Shown here: one piece after another, positions 36,233-47,700 of the stretch
Position numbering within the stretch: position 1 is the stretch's first letter
Layout of the letters: the number at the start of each line of letters is the position of its first letter
Assembly: GCA_950097015.1 (NCBI GenBank)
Contig: CATNEN010000002.1
Span: forward strand, 5,766,001 to 5,830,000
Length of the DNA: 64,000 nucleotides
Source: Macrostomum hystrix
Taxonomy: Eukaryota; Animalia; Platyhelminthes
Direction of reading: 5' to 3'
Made by a program: the position numbers and the translations under genes
The notes under the pieces: model-generated
Databases searched by the model: none
Seen by the model: only the letters and a program-made list of their open reading frames with translations
What the model was told of the DNA's origin: nothing

Positions 36233-39200
36233 ATGTCCAGCGGCAATGGTGCTGTTGCTGGCAGCGAGCAGAACAATTCGGCTGTCTCCACTCCGTCCAC
36301 TGGCAAATCGGCCTCTGCCAACGCATCCGCCGTCACCAGCTGCGTCCTGCGCATGCGCGGCCTGCCCTACGATGCCACCCCGGCCGATGTTGTTGCATTC
36401 TTTGTCGATTGTCCGATTCGCGGCGGCGAGTCCGGCGTTAGATTGTCGCGCGACAAAGCCGGCCGGCCGTCCGGCGAAGGCTACGTTGAATTCGAATCAG
36501 TAGACGCGGCCAGCTCCGCTATGAAGCTCAATAAGCAGAACATTGGCCGGCGCTACATTGAACTATTTCCGTCTAGCGAGTCGGAGATGCGCGTCACTCC
36601 GCTGCGCGATCCCGTGCTGAGAATGCGCGGCCTCCCATTCACGGCCGACTTTGCTGCCATTCGCGAATTCTTCCAGGTGAAATTCTTTAACGTATTCTAG
36701 TTTCAATGTCCAAGGTCGCAGTTAAATCTATCACAGATTTGCTTGGTTACAAGATTCCTGATCCAGATCCTGTTGAAGTACACAAAATCTCAGGTCTATG
36801 ATCCTGAAAGAGGATCAAAATTACTTCAGTTTGAGTACACAATCCCTAGTATCTAAAACCGTTCTGCTTGAGTACACCATCCCTGGACCCATTTAGTTTG
36901 AGTACACTTTTCCTGAACCTGTTAAGTTTAAATACCATCCTTGATCTCTGAAATTGTTCAGTTTTTGTACATCCTTGATCTCTGAAATCGTTCGGTTTTT
37001 GCACATCCTTGATCTCTGAAATTGTTCAGTTTGAGTACACCATCCTTGATCTCTGAAATTGTTCAGTTTGAGTACACCATCCTTGATCTCTGAAATTGTT
37101 CAGTTTGAGTACACCATCCTTGATCTCTGAAATTGTTCAGTTTGAGTACACCATCCTTGATCTCTGAAATTGTTCGGTTCGAGTACACCATCCTTGATCT
37201 CTGAAATTATTCAGTTTGAGTACACCATCCTTGATCTCTGAAATTGTTCATTTTGAGTACACCATCCTTGATCTCTGAAATTATTCAGTTTGAGTACACC
37301 ATCCTTGATCTCTGAGATTTTTCAGTTTGAGTACACCATCCTTGATCTCTGAAATTGTTCAGTATGAGTACACCATCCTTGATCTCTGAAATTGTTCAGT
37401 ATGAGTACACCATCCTTGATCTCTGAAATTGTTCAGTTTGAGTACACCATCCTTGATCTCTGAAATTGTTCGGTTTGAGTACACCATCCTTGATCTCTGA
37501 AATTATTCAGTTTGAGTACACCATCCTTGATCTCTGAAATTGTTCATTTTGAGTACACCATCCTTGATCTCTGAAATTGTTCAGTTTGAGTACACCATCC
37601 TTGATCTCTGAAATTATTCAGTTTGAGTACACCATCCTTGATCTCTGAGATTTTTCAGTTTGAGTACACCATCCTTGATCTCTGAAATTGTTCAGTATGA
37701 GTACACCATCCTTGATCTCTGAAATTGTTCAGTTTGAGTACACCATCCTTGATCTCTGAAATTGTTCATTTTGAGTACACCATCCTTGATCTCTGAAATT
37801 GTTCATTTTGAGTACACCATCCTTGATCTCTGAAATTATTCAGTTTGAGTACACCATCCTTGATCTCTGAGATTTTTCAGTTTGAGTACACCATCCTTGA
37901 TCTCTGAAATTGTTCATTTTGAGTACACCATCCTTGATCTCTGAAATTATTCAGTTTGAGTACACCATCCTTGATCTCTGAGATTTTTCAGTTTGAGTAC
38001 ACCATCCTTGATCTCTGAAATTGTTCAGTTTGAGTACACCATCCTTGATCTCTGAAATTATTCAGTTTGAGTACACCATCCTTGATCTCTGAGATTTTTC
38101 AGTTTGAGTACACCATCCTTGATCTCTGAAATTGTTCGGTTCGAGTACACCATCCTTGATCTCTGAAATTATTCAGTTTGAGTACACCATCCTTGATCTC
38201 TGAAATTGTTCATTTTGAGTACACCATCCTTGATCTCTGAAATTATTCAGTTTGAGTACACCATCCTTGATCTCTGAGATTTTTCAGTTTGAGTACACCA
38301 TCCTTGATCTCTGAAATTGTTCAGTATGAGTACACCATCCTTGATCTCTGAAATTGTTCAGTATGAGTACACCATCCTTGATCTCTGAAATTGTTCATTT
38401 TGAGTACACCATCCTTGATCTCTGAAATTATTCAGTTTGAGTACACCATCCTTGATCTCTGAGATTTTTCAGTTTGAGTACACCATCCTTGATCTCTGAA
38501 ATTGTTCATTTTGAGTACACCATCCTTGATCTCTGAAATTATTCAGTTTGAGTACACCATCCTTGATCTCTGAGATTTTTCAGTTTGAGTACACCATCCT
38601 TGATCTCTGAAATTGTTCAGTTTGAGTACACCATCCTTGATCTCTGAAATTATTCAGTTTGAGTACACCATCCTTGATCTCTGAGATTTTTCAGTTTGAG
38701 TACACCATCCTTGATCTCTGAAATTGTTCAGTTTGAGTACACCATCCTTGATCTCTGAAATTATTCAGTTTGAGTACACCATCCTTGATCTCTGAGATTT
38801 TTCAGTTTGAGTACACCATCCTTGATCTCTGAAATTATTCAGTTTGAGTACACCATCCTTGATCTCTGAAATTGTTCATTTTGAGTACACCATCCTTGAT
38901 CTCTGAAATTATTCAGTTTGAGTACACCATCCTTGATCTCTGAGATTTTTCAGTTTGAGTACACCATCCTTGATCTCTGAAATTGTTCAGTATGAGTACA
39001 CCATCCTTGATCTCTGAAATTGTTCAGTTTGAGTACACCATCCTTGATCTCTGAAATTGTTCGGTTTGAGTACACCATCCTTGATCTCTGAAATTGTTCA
39101 TTTTGAGTACACCATCCTTGATCTCTGAAATTGTTCATTTTGAGTACACCATCCTTGATCTCTGAAATTATTCAGTTTGAGTACACCATCCTTGATCTCT

Positions 39201-42123
39201 GAGATTTTTCAGTTTGAGTACACCATCCTTGATCTCTGAAATTGTTCATTTTGAGTACACCATCCTTGATCTCTGAAATTATTCAGTTTGAGTACACCAT
39301 CCTTGATCTCTGAGATTTTTCAGTTTGAGTACACCATCCTTGATCTCTGAAATTGTTCAGTTTGAGTACACCATCCTTGATCTCTGAAATTGTTCAGTTT
39401 GAGTACACCATCCTTGATCTCTGAAATTGTTCAGTTTGAGTACACCATCCTTGATCTCTGAAATTATTCAGTTTGAGTACACCATCCTTGATCTCTGAAA
39501 TTGTTCAGTTTGAGTACACCATCCTTGATCTCTGAAATTGTTCAGTTTGAGTACACCATCCTTGATCTCTGAAATTGTTCAGTTTCAGTACACCATCCTT
39601 GATCTCTGAAATTGTTCAGTTTGAGTACACCATCCTTGATCTCTGAAATTATTCAGTTTGAGTACACCATCCTTGATCTCTGAGATTTTTCAGTTTGAGT
39701 ACACCATCCTTGATCTCTGAAATTGTTCAGTTTGAGTACACCATCCTTGATCTCTGAAATTGTTCAGTTTGAGTACACCATCCTTGATCTCTGAGATTTT
39801 TCAGTTTGAGTACACCATATTTGATCTCTGAAATCGTTCAGTTTGAGTACACCATATTTGATCTCTGAAATTGTTCAGTTTGAGTACAGCATTCTAATTC
39901 ACCCGATAACACGCGCCTCGCCTCGCAGGACGATCGCATTGTGAAGGAGGGCATCCTGATGATCTACAATGAGTCTGGCAAGCCCTCAGGAGAAGCCTAT
40001 GTTCAATTTGGCAGTCCCGAGGCAGCCGCTCGAGCCATGGCCAAGCGAAATCGGCAGAACATGGGCCACCGCTACATTGAGCTGTTCCCCAGCTCTATGG
40101 CCGAAGCCTACGCGGAGGGCAATCGGCAGCGCTGCCTGCGACAGGCCTTTCAACAGCATGGAGGTGAGAAGTTTTCTGATCAATTTCTTATCTTACCGTC
40201 TGAGTTTTGTAGGTCATTGTTAATTTGAGAAGGTCATGAGTTCGAATCTTTGCCCAAAAAAATTAAAGTTTGTGCGGAAGAATTTTTGCTGAGCTGCGGA
40301 CAATGGCACATCATTTGGTGACACTAGACCCACAGCCAGCCAGGAGGCAATTCTGCCCATTTCACTGGCTCATGAGCACACGCGCACACAGATACTTTAC
40401 GCAGGCGTACGTTCACACAGGCGTGTACTTCTGCCCTGACATTATCATCGTCAGGCAGTGTACACTATTTTACTGTGCCTTGGAGGTTAGCCATTCCCTG
40501 AAGCCTTCTCTCCGCGACTACGCCTTAAATAAATGTGGCCTCGCCACGGAATCGAGCTCAGGGACCTTTGGGCGAGAGGCAAACGCGTTAACCGCTCTGC
40601 CAACCCCTGTGTAAAACAAATAGCAAAACATGACTAATAAGATGACGAAGCATCTGCATATCTAGTTGCAGTCATAGTTGCTCCTGCTCAATTTATATGT
40701 ATTCTGTTGCCCGTACAAGGCTACGGCGGCGGAGATTACTACCCGCCTTCGCAGCATCAGCACGGCGGCTATCACCCGCCGGCTGGACGCGGCGGCGGTC
40801 GCGGTGGCAGCCTCGGCGGAGTCAACATGATGCGCGGTGGCGGCGGTCGCGGCGGCAACTTCGGCATGAGCTACGGCGCTAGTCGTGGCGGGCATCAGGG
40901 CCGCTGGCAGCCACCGCAGCATCATCAGCCCGGCGGCTACGGCTACCCGCCTCATCAGCACTACCAGAGGGGCTACGGCTATCAGCAGCAGCCAGTCTAT
41001 CATAATCAGTACTATCAGGCGCCTCATCACCAGTACCAGCGGCAATTCCACCGCCCGCAGCAGCAGCAGCAGAGGAACTTCCGGCCCGGCTCCAGCTGGC
41101 AATCGAGCACGGGTCACTGGGTGCACCTGCGCGGCCTGCCCTTCTCTGTCACCGTGGCCGAGGTGAACGAATTCTTCGCCCCACTGAAGCCCAGTCGAGT
41201 TCAGCTGCACTTTAACCGGGCTGGTCGACCCAACGGCGAAGCCGACGTTGACTTTGACAACGCTGAGGAGGCCGCCGATGCGATGAAGCGCGACAAGGCC
41301 CACATCGGGCCGCGCTACATTGACCTGTTCCTGCATCCTGCTTCTGGCGACGATGCCAAAGCCAGCGAGGATGTCAAGCAGCAGCAGTCGGATCAGTATC
41401 GCGTGCATCTGCGAGGACTTCCAGCCAGCGTTGCCGAGCGAGACATCAAGCGGTTCTTCCATCCGACCGCGCCTGTTCGAATAAGCCTGACGACCGCGGC
41501 CGCAGCCTCGGCTTCGGGTGACGACGATCTGGCGGCTGCTGGCGGCGAGGCCGATGTGTACTTTTCCACCGCTGAGGATCAGCAGCGAGCTCTGACGCTC
41601 AACGGCGAAAAGATCGGTGAGTTGGGATTCTAAACATTCGGGGTCACGGATTCTGAGGATGGGGATTAGGGATTCTAAACAAGAGGGTTTCTAGGATTGT
41701 AAAGATAGGTTCCGATATACGTTGTCTAGGATTAAAAAAATTAGGATAAGGGGTCTAGAATTCTGAAAATAAGGGATTGGGATTCTAGACATATGGGGTT
41801 TAGGATTCTGGAAGCGATGATTTGGGATCGTAAATATAGGGTGTCTAGTATACTGTTATAACGAAATTGGGATTCTTTATAATAGGGGTCTAAGATTCTA
41901 ATTATGGGTCTAGGATTATGGAAATGGGATTATGGAAATGGGAATTACGATTCAGAGATTGTGATAAGTAAGGGGATCTGGGGTTCTTAATATGAGGATG
42001 TGTGATAATAAGTGGGAAAATTCTGGATCAGTGATTCTGGAATTTTTCCCTAGACTTTTCAGGCCCCTGCACTAAATTGTTCCCATTTCAGATCAGCGCT
42101 GTGTTGAAGTCTTCCTGCGATGA
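36233..42123 (+). CDS. hnRNP F/H (GRSF1/glorund)-like RNA-binding protein with four quasi-RRMs and a Gly/Tyr/Gln/His-rich linker
   Basis: Exons 36233-36676, 39929-40163, 40720-41616, 42092-42123 (TGA). qRRM signatures VLRMRGLPY...GRPSGEGYVEF...IGRRYIELF, VLRMRGLPF...GKPSGEAYVQF...MGHRYIELF, VHLRGLPF...GRPNGEADVDF...IGPRYIDLF, VHLRGLPA...GEADVYF...IGDQRCVEVF. Confidence 0.88.
36940..39892. repeat. 37-bp intronic minisatellite with higher-order structure (AGTTTGAGTACACCATCCTTGATCTCTGAAATTGTTC)
   Basis: About 80 copies filling intron 1 of the hnRNP gene; degenerate copies from about 36820. Confidence 0.96.
40291..40602 (-). mobile_element. SINE family B copy
   Basis: Reverse complement of 21349-21655 along most of its length. 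Confidence 0.8.
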
Positions 42124-43579
42124 TTCGATCATTTGTCCAGTGTCATTTTTTTCACACTGTAAACGTTGTGTTTCTTACTACTGTTACTTCTATTTTTTCT
42201 ATTTGAAATTTTACTAGTATGAGAAATGCGTGTTTGTTTTGCAAAGCCGCCTCGACCCATCAATCCAAAAAACCGACAAAAAAACCTACCAACTTTGTTC
42301 AGGTAAATCTATATTTGCTGCAATTTATTAAGTTATAAAGGATGGTGCAACACTCCGTTTATGTGCAAACCAGCCTTCTAATTTTGATTGGTCGCTATTA
42401 ATAGAACAGCTACGTGTTGGAGGAAAACCACTTGTTAATTTAGCGCCAGTCAAGTTTTGAAGGCTGATTTGTCGAATTGCTAGTTACTAATGAGGTACAG
42501 TATAGTCACATCATGTAAAATACATTAACCAGCTAGTGCAGTACTCATTTACATGTAATTCTATCAAATTAATTATTTTTCTCATCTTCATAATACCCTG
42601 TTCCGCTCCCTAATTATACTACACTATAGTGTTTTTCATACTATTTGCACAGTTGAGCAATCCTACTGATAAGTACTATAGAGGGTACAACTAACTAAAA
42701 GCATTATCCTAATTTTTCGTCTCATTTCGAGTAATTAATTTGCGTAGATAATTTTTTTATTTCCGTTGTTTCCTTAAACAGTCTTATTCGTTTAAGTTGT
42801 TCCGCGGCTGCATTTCCCTTATTTGTTTAAAACCGTCGCCCATCTCTCTATCTGTTTTTAAATTGTCTCCGATTAGAAAACCATTACCATTGCATTACTA
42901 ATTTTGCCATATAAATTATTGAATTATTCAACACTAAAGTTATTATGTTTATCTATATTCTGCCAATGGTTACTTATACTGTCTACATTAATCAAACTCA
43001 TTGTTTTCTATATTGTCTTTTCAATTCTCTAAAAAATTCGTCGTCAACCTCAACAATATAATTCAATGCTTCATGATTAATGCTGATTTAGCTGGTATAA
43101 AACTACACGCAAAGAGCAACCAGCGGGTACGTTTCAAGACTTAAAATTAAACTTACTAATATAACTATACGTAGGTTACCTTTCATACTTAACTAAATCT
43201 GCTTTGCAATTTCCAACTTTATTACAAACGCTTACCTACTCATTTGTGTCATACTACTTGAAGTACTACTTACTGTAAGCCCAGTCCGAAAATCTATTGG
43301 AAAGAAGTGTGAAAATTAAGCAGTCTAATTAATATTGCAAACTGCATCTCTATCGATTCGATGTACAACCTGTGGGCCTACACAAGAAACTAATTCTAAT
43401 AAACTTGCGCAGACACGGCAGCACACTTGGCCGTTGAGTCACTAAACTTTTTTGTGACAAAATATCGTTCCCATTCTGTTCCTTACTTTCTTTTGATTTA
43501 AATGTGATTATTACATTTTCATATTTTACATTAGCCTTTCGAAATTTCTATGCGCCATTAGTGTCTAGGGCCATTTTCG

Positions 43580-44690
43580 TTAGTATGTGTGTCATTACCA
43601 TTCGTCTATTGGCCATTTCCATTACTTCACGGGGGCCATTTCCCTTAGTCAATGCGCCATTAGTCTATGGGAGCCATATTCATTCGTCTAAGCGCCATTT
43701 CCATTAGTCTATACGCCATTTCCATTAATTTCTGCGCCATTTCCATTAGTCAATACGCCATTAGTCTAAGGGGGGCCATTTCCATTAGTCAATGCGCCAT
43801 TAGTCTAAGGGGGCCATTTCCATTAGACAATACGCCATTAGTCTAAGGGGGCCATTTCCATTAGTCAATGCGCCATTAGTCTATGGGAGCCATTTTCATT
43901 AGTCTATGCGCCATTTCCATTAGTCTATACGCCATTTCCATTAATCTCTGCGCCATTTCCATTAGTCAATACGCCATTAGTCTAAGGGGGCCATTTCCAT
44001 TAGTCAATGCGCCATTAGTCTAAGGGGGCCATTTCCATTAGTCAATACGCCATTAGTCTAAGGGGGCCATTTCCATTAGTCAATACGCCATTAGTCTAAG
44101 GGGGCCATTTCCATTAGTAAATGCGCCATTAGTCTAAGGGGGCCATTTCCATTAGTCAATACGCCATTAGTCTAAGGGGGCCATTTCCATTAGTCAATGC
44201 GCCATTAGTCTATGGGAGCCATTTTCATTAGTCTATGCGCCATTTCCATTAGCCGATGCGCCATTAGTCTATGGGAGCCATTTTCATTAGTCTATGTGCT
44301 ATTTCCATTAGTCGATGCGCCATTAGTCGATGCGCCATTAGTCGATGCGCCATTAGTCTATGGGAGCCATTTTCATTAGTCTATGTGCTATTTCCATTAG
44401 TCGATGCGCCATTAGTCGATGCGCCATTAGTCGATGCGCCATTAGTCTATGGGAGCCATTTTCATTAGTCTATGTGCTATTTCCATTAGTCGATGCGCTA
44501 TTTTCATTCGTCTATGCGCCATTTCCGTTAATCTATGTTCCGTTTCCATTAGTCAATTCGCCATTTCCGTTAGTCTATGTGCCATTTCCATTAGTCTATG
44601 CGCTATTTTTATTAGTCATTGTGCCATTTCCGTTAGTCTATGCGCAATTTCCATTAGTCTATGCGCTATCAGTCTGTGGGCTTTTAGTCT
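43580..44690. repeat. Composite minisatellite built from GCCATTTCCATTAGTC / GCCATTAGTC subunits
   Basis: Mixed-period tandem array ending about 50 bp before the TBC1D24-like acceptor. Confidence 0.9.
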
Positions 44691-44754
44691 ATGGGTTTTA
44701 GGTCTATAAAAATTAAAGAAAAAAATCCTGAAAACTTGCAGCCGGCCAATCCGC

Positions 44755-47700
44755 ATGGCTTCAACACAAAGCGGCGGTGGCGGCAGCAGCGACCTAGTCG
44801 ACCTGGCGGCTCTAAGGGCGGCTTCGCAGCGAGCGGCAGTCGCTGCCACCGCCGCCGCCATCGCGTCTGGCGTCGACATTGCACCAGCTGGCGGGACCAA
44901 TGACGACATTCAGCAGCAGCAGCAGGGATCTTCGGTCGCGGAATCCGCTGCGGCTCTAAAACGTTTGGCCCGCTCTCAGCAGCAGCGGCCGGCTATGACC
45001 AATCTGGCTGCTAGGCGATCGCTGTGGAGAAAACTCATCGCTTCTTCAGGTGCGTGTTGTTGGTTTCTTCAAATTGCTGATTGCAGTGTGCTATAGTGTC
45101 CTTAGTAAATTACCATTTGATTTGATACGAGATAGTATTTAAACTTTCGTAATGGGCAAAAATGCCGCATACGCGACCATAATTTGTCACTATGCTGTGC
45201 GATATTGAATGAATGACGGATGGCGGACACGTCTGCAGCAGCGGCGTCCGCTACTACAGTCGGCGGATTCACGCCTGGACGTGTCAACGCCCATAGAAGC
45301 TGACTTGACTTACTTGACTTGGCTGTAGGGGGCCGCGGTGTCGCGCTGGAGCTTGAGTTGGTCTCCATAGGTCGTAGGAATGAATGAAAAAAATAAATAT
45401 AAATAAAACCCGCTAACGGCCGGTAATACTCCCCGGACCTCCCAGCCCCTCGGTGGGGTGAGGCATTAGAGGGCACCAAAAGCAGTGCCAGGCCCGCAGA
45501 CTGGCTGCGTACCCTGTTAAGGTCGAAGGGTATCACCGGTTCCACCAGCCGTAGCCAGAGCTACCTGATCACGCACAGGTGCACGAATAGAAGCTGACTG
45601 TTGAGCGTTAAATTTTCGTTCTGCAATTTCTTAATTTCAACGGACGTTTCGGCAATTATTCCGGAAAGCTGCGTGCAGCGCGTGCAATTGTTGGAGGCAA
45701 GGCTGACAAGATTAACGCTGAAAAGATGTGGTGCTTGTATAATTAAATATTTTGCTAAACGACAAGACTGATACAAGCTAGGAAGTGTGATAAAAGCCAT
45801 GTACGGTGGTCATAAAAGTCTAGTATATTTTTTGCAAACTATTGCATACAGACACGGTCTGAAAACATGGTCGCAGTGGAAGGTCGCACATGTGAACGTC
45901 AACCATGATGGTCGCAGTGGAAGGTCGCACATGCGACAGTCAAACAAGTTGACCGCTGAACATGGTCTCAGTGGAAGGTTGCACATGCGACCGTCAAACA
46001 AGATGACCGCTGAACATGGTCGCACATGTGAACGTCAAACATGATGGTCGCTGAAAATGGTCGCACATATGAACGTCAAACATAATGGTCGCTGAAAATG
46101 GTCGCACATATGAACGTCAAACATGATGGTCGCTGAACATAGTCGCAGTGGAAGGTCGCACATGCGACCGTCAAACAAGATGATCGCTGAACATGGTCGC
46201 AGTGGAAGGTCGCACATGTGAACGTCAACCATGATGATCGCTGAACATGGTCGCAGTGGAAGGTCGCACATGTGAACGTCAACCATGATGGTCGCTGAAA
46301 ATGGTCGCACATATGAACGTCAACCATGATGATCGCTGAACATGGTCGCAGTGGAAGGTCGCACATGCGACCTTTGGATGATGGTCGCCCGACATGGTCG
46401 TCTGATGGTCTCATGCGACCTTGTTGGTCGCAGGACGCTCACCATGGTCGCAAATCAACTAACATTTTTAATTCGTGGCAATAGAAATCATAAGACGTTC
46501 TCGCCTTGACTCATTCGCATGCCGCAGTCTCCGAGTCCGCGCCTCAGTGCGCCATTGCTGAGGGCTCCGACTGGCCCTCCTGGTGCCTGCCAGATTATCG
46601 CCAGTTCTACTGCCTCAGCCCAGCTGGCCAGGCCGCTTTAAACCGCATCTGCCGCCGCCTGACCATCTGCAGACACGACCTGTTTGCACCATGCCTGCTC
46701 CCCATTGGAGCCCTGCTGCTGCACTGCCTCACTGAAGCCGAGACGCTGGCCTGTCTGCACTCCCTGCTGGGCAAGTGAGTAACTATTGGGATACTTTTCT
46801 GCTCGTCAATAGGGAACCATTTGTGTTCTTCTTTTGGGATAGTGTAGCCGAGTGGTTAGAGAGTATGTATCGGACTCATGGCTTGCAGATCAGGGGTTTA
46901 ATTCCCAACTGCGCTGGAATAATTTGTGTCCTTTAGCAACACAATTAACTCTACATTTATTCAGTTTACCCAGCTGTTAAATTGGTTTTAATGAGCATTA
47001 TTTAGGTAATTAAGGTCCATGGACTGAACTACCGTAAATGCAATAATGTAATAAATAAGTAGTATGGGTTAACAGAACTCTGCCGCAAGGAATTCCGCGG
47101 AAATTCCGTGGGGCCCTAGTTTGCGAACATAGCGCCTATGTTTCACATAGCAGAACTCTGCCGCAAGGAAATCCGCGGAAATTCCATGGGACCCAGTGCA
47201 TGTACATAGGCCCATGTTTTACATAGCAAAACTCTGCCGCAAGGAAGTCCTCGGAAATTCCGTGGGGTCCTAGTGTGTGAACAAACGCCATGTGTTTGCA
47301 TAGTGGACTAGTAGTAGTAGTGGACTAGTAGTGTACTAGTAGTTGCATAGTAGTAATAATAATTGCAGGAGGGCTGCGGGCAGTGGCACATAATTTAGTG
47401 ACACTAGACCCGCAGCCAGCGAGGAGGCAATGCCGCCCATTTCGCTGACTCCTGAGCACACACGCACACAGATACTGTACGCAGGCATACGCTCACATAT
47501 ACAGGTGGTACATCTGCCCTGACTTTCTCAAATTCAGGCAGTGTACACTTCACTAATCACTGTGCCTTGAAGGTTGGCCCTCAAGGGCGTAAATTGCACG
47601 ACAAGCCCCCAAGCCTTCTCTCCGCGGCTGCGCCCCAAATAAATGTGGCCTCGCCGTGGAATCGAACTTAGGGACCTTGGTGCGAGAGGCAAACGCTCTG

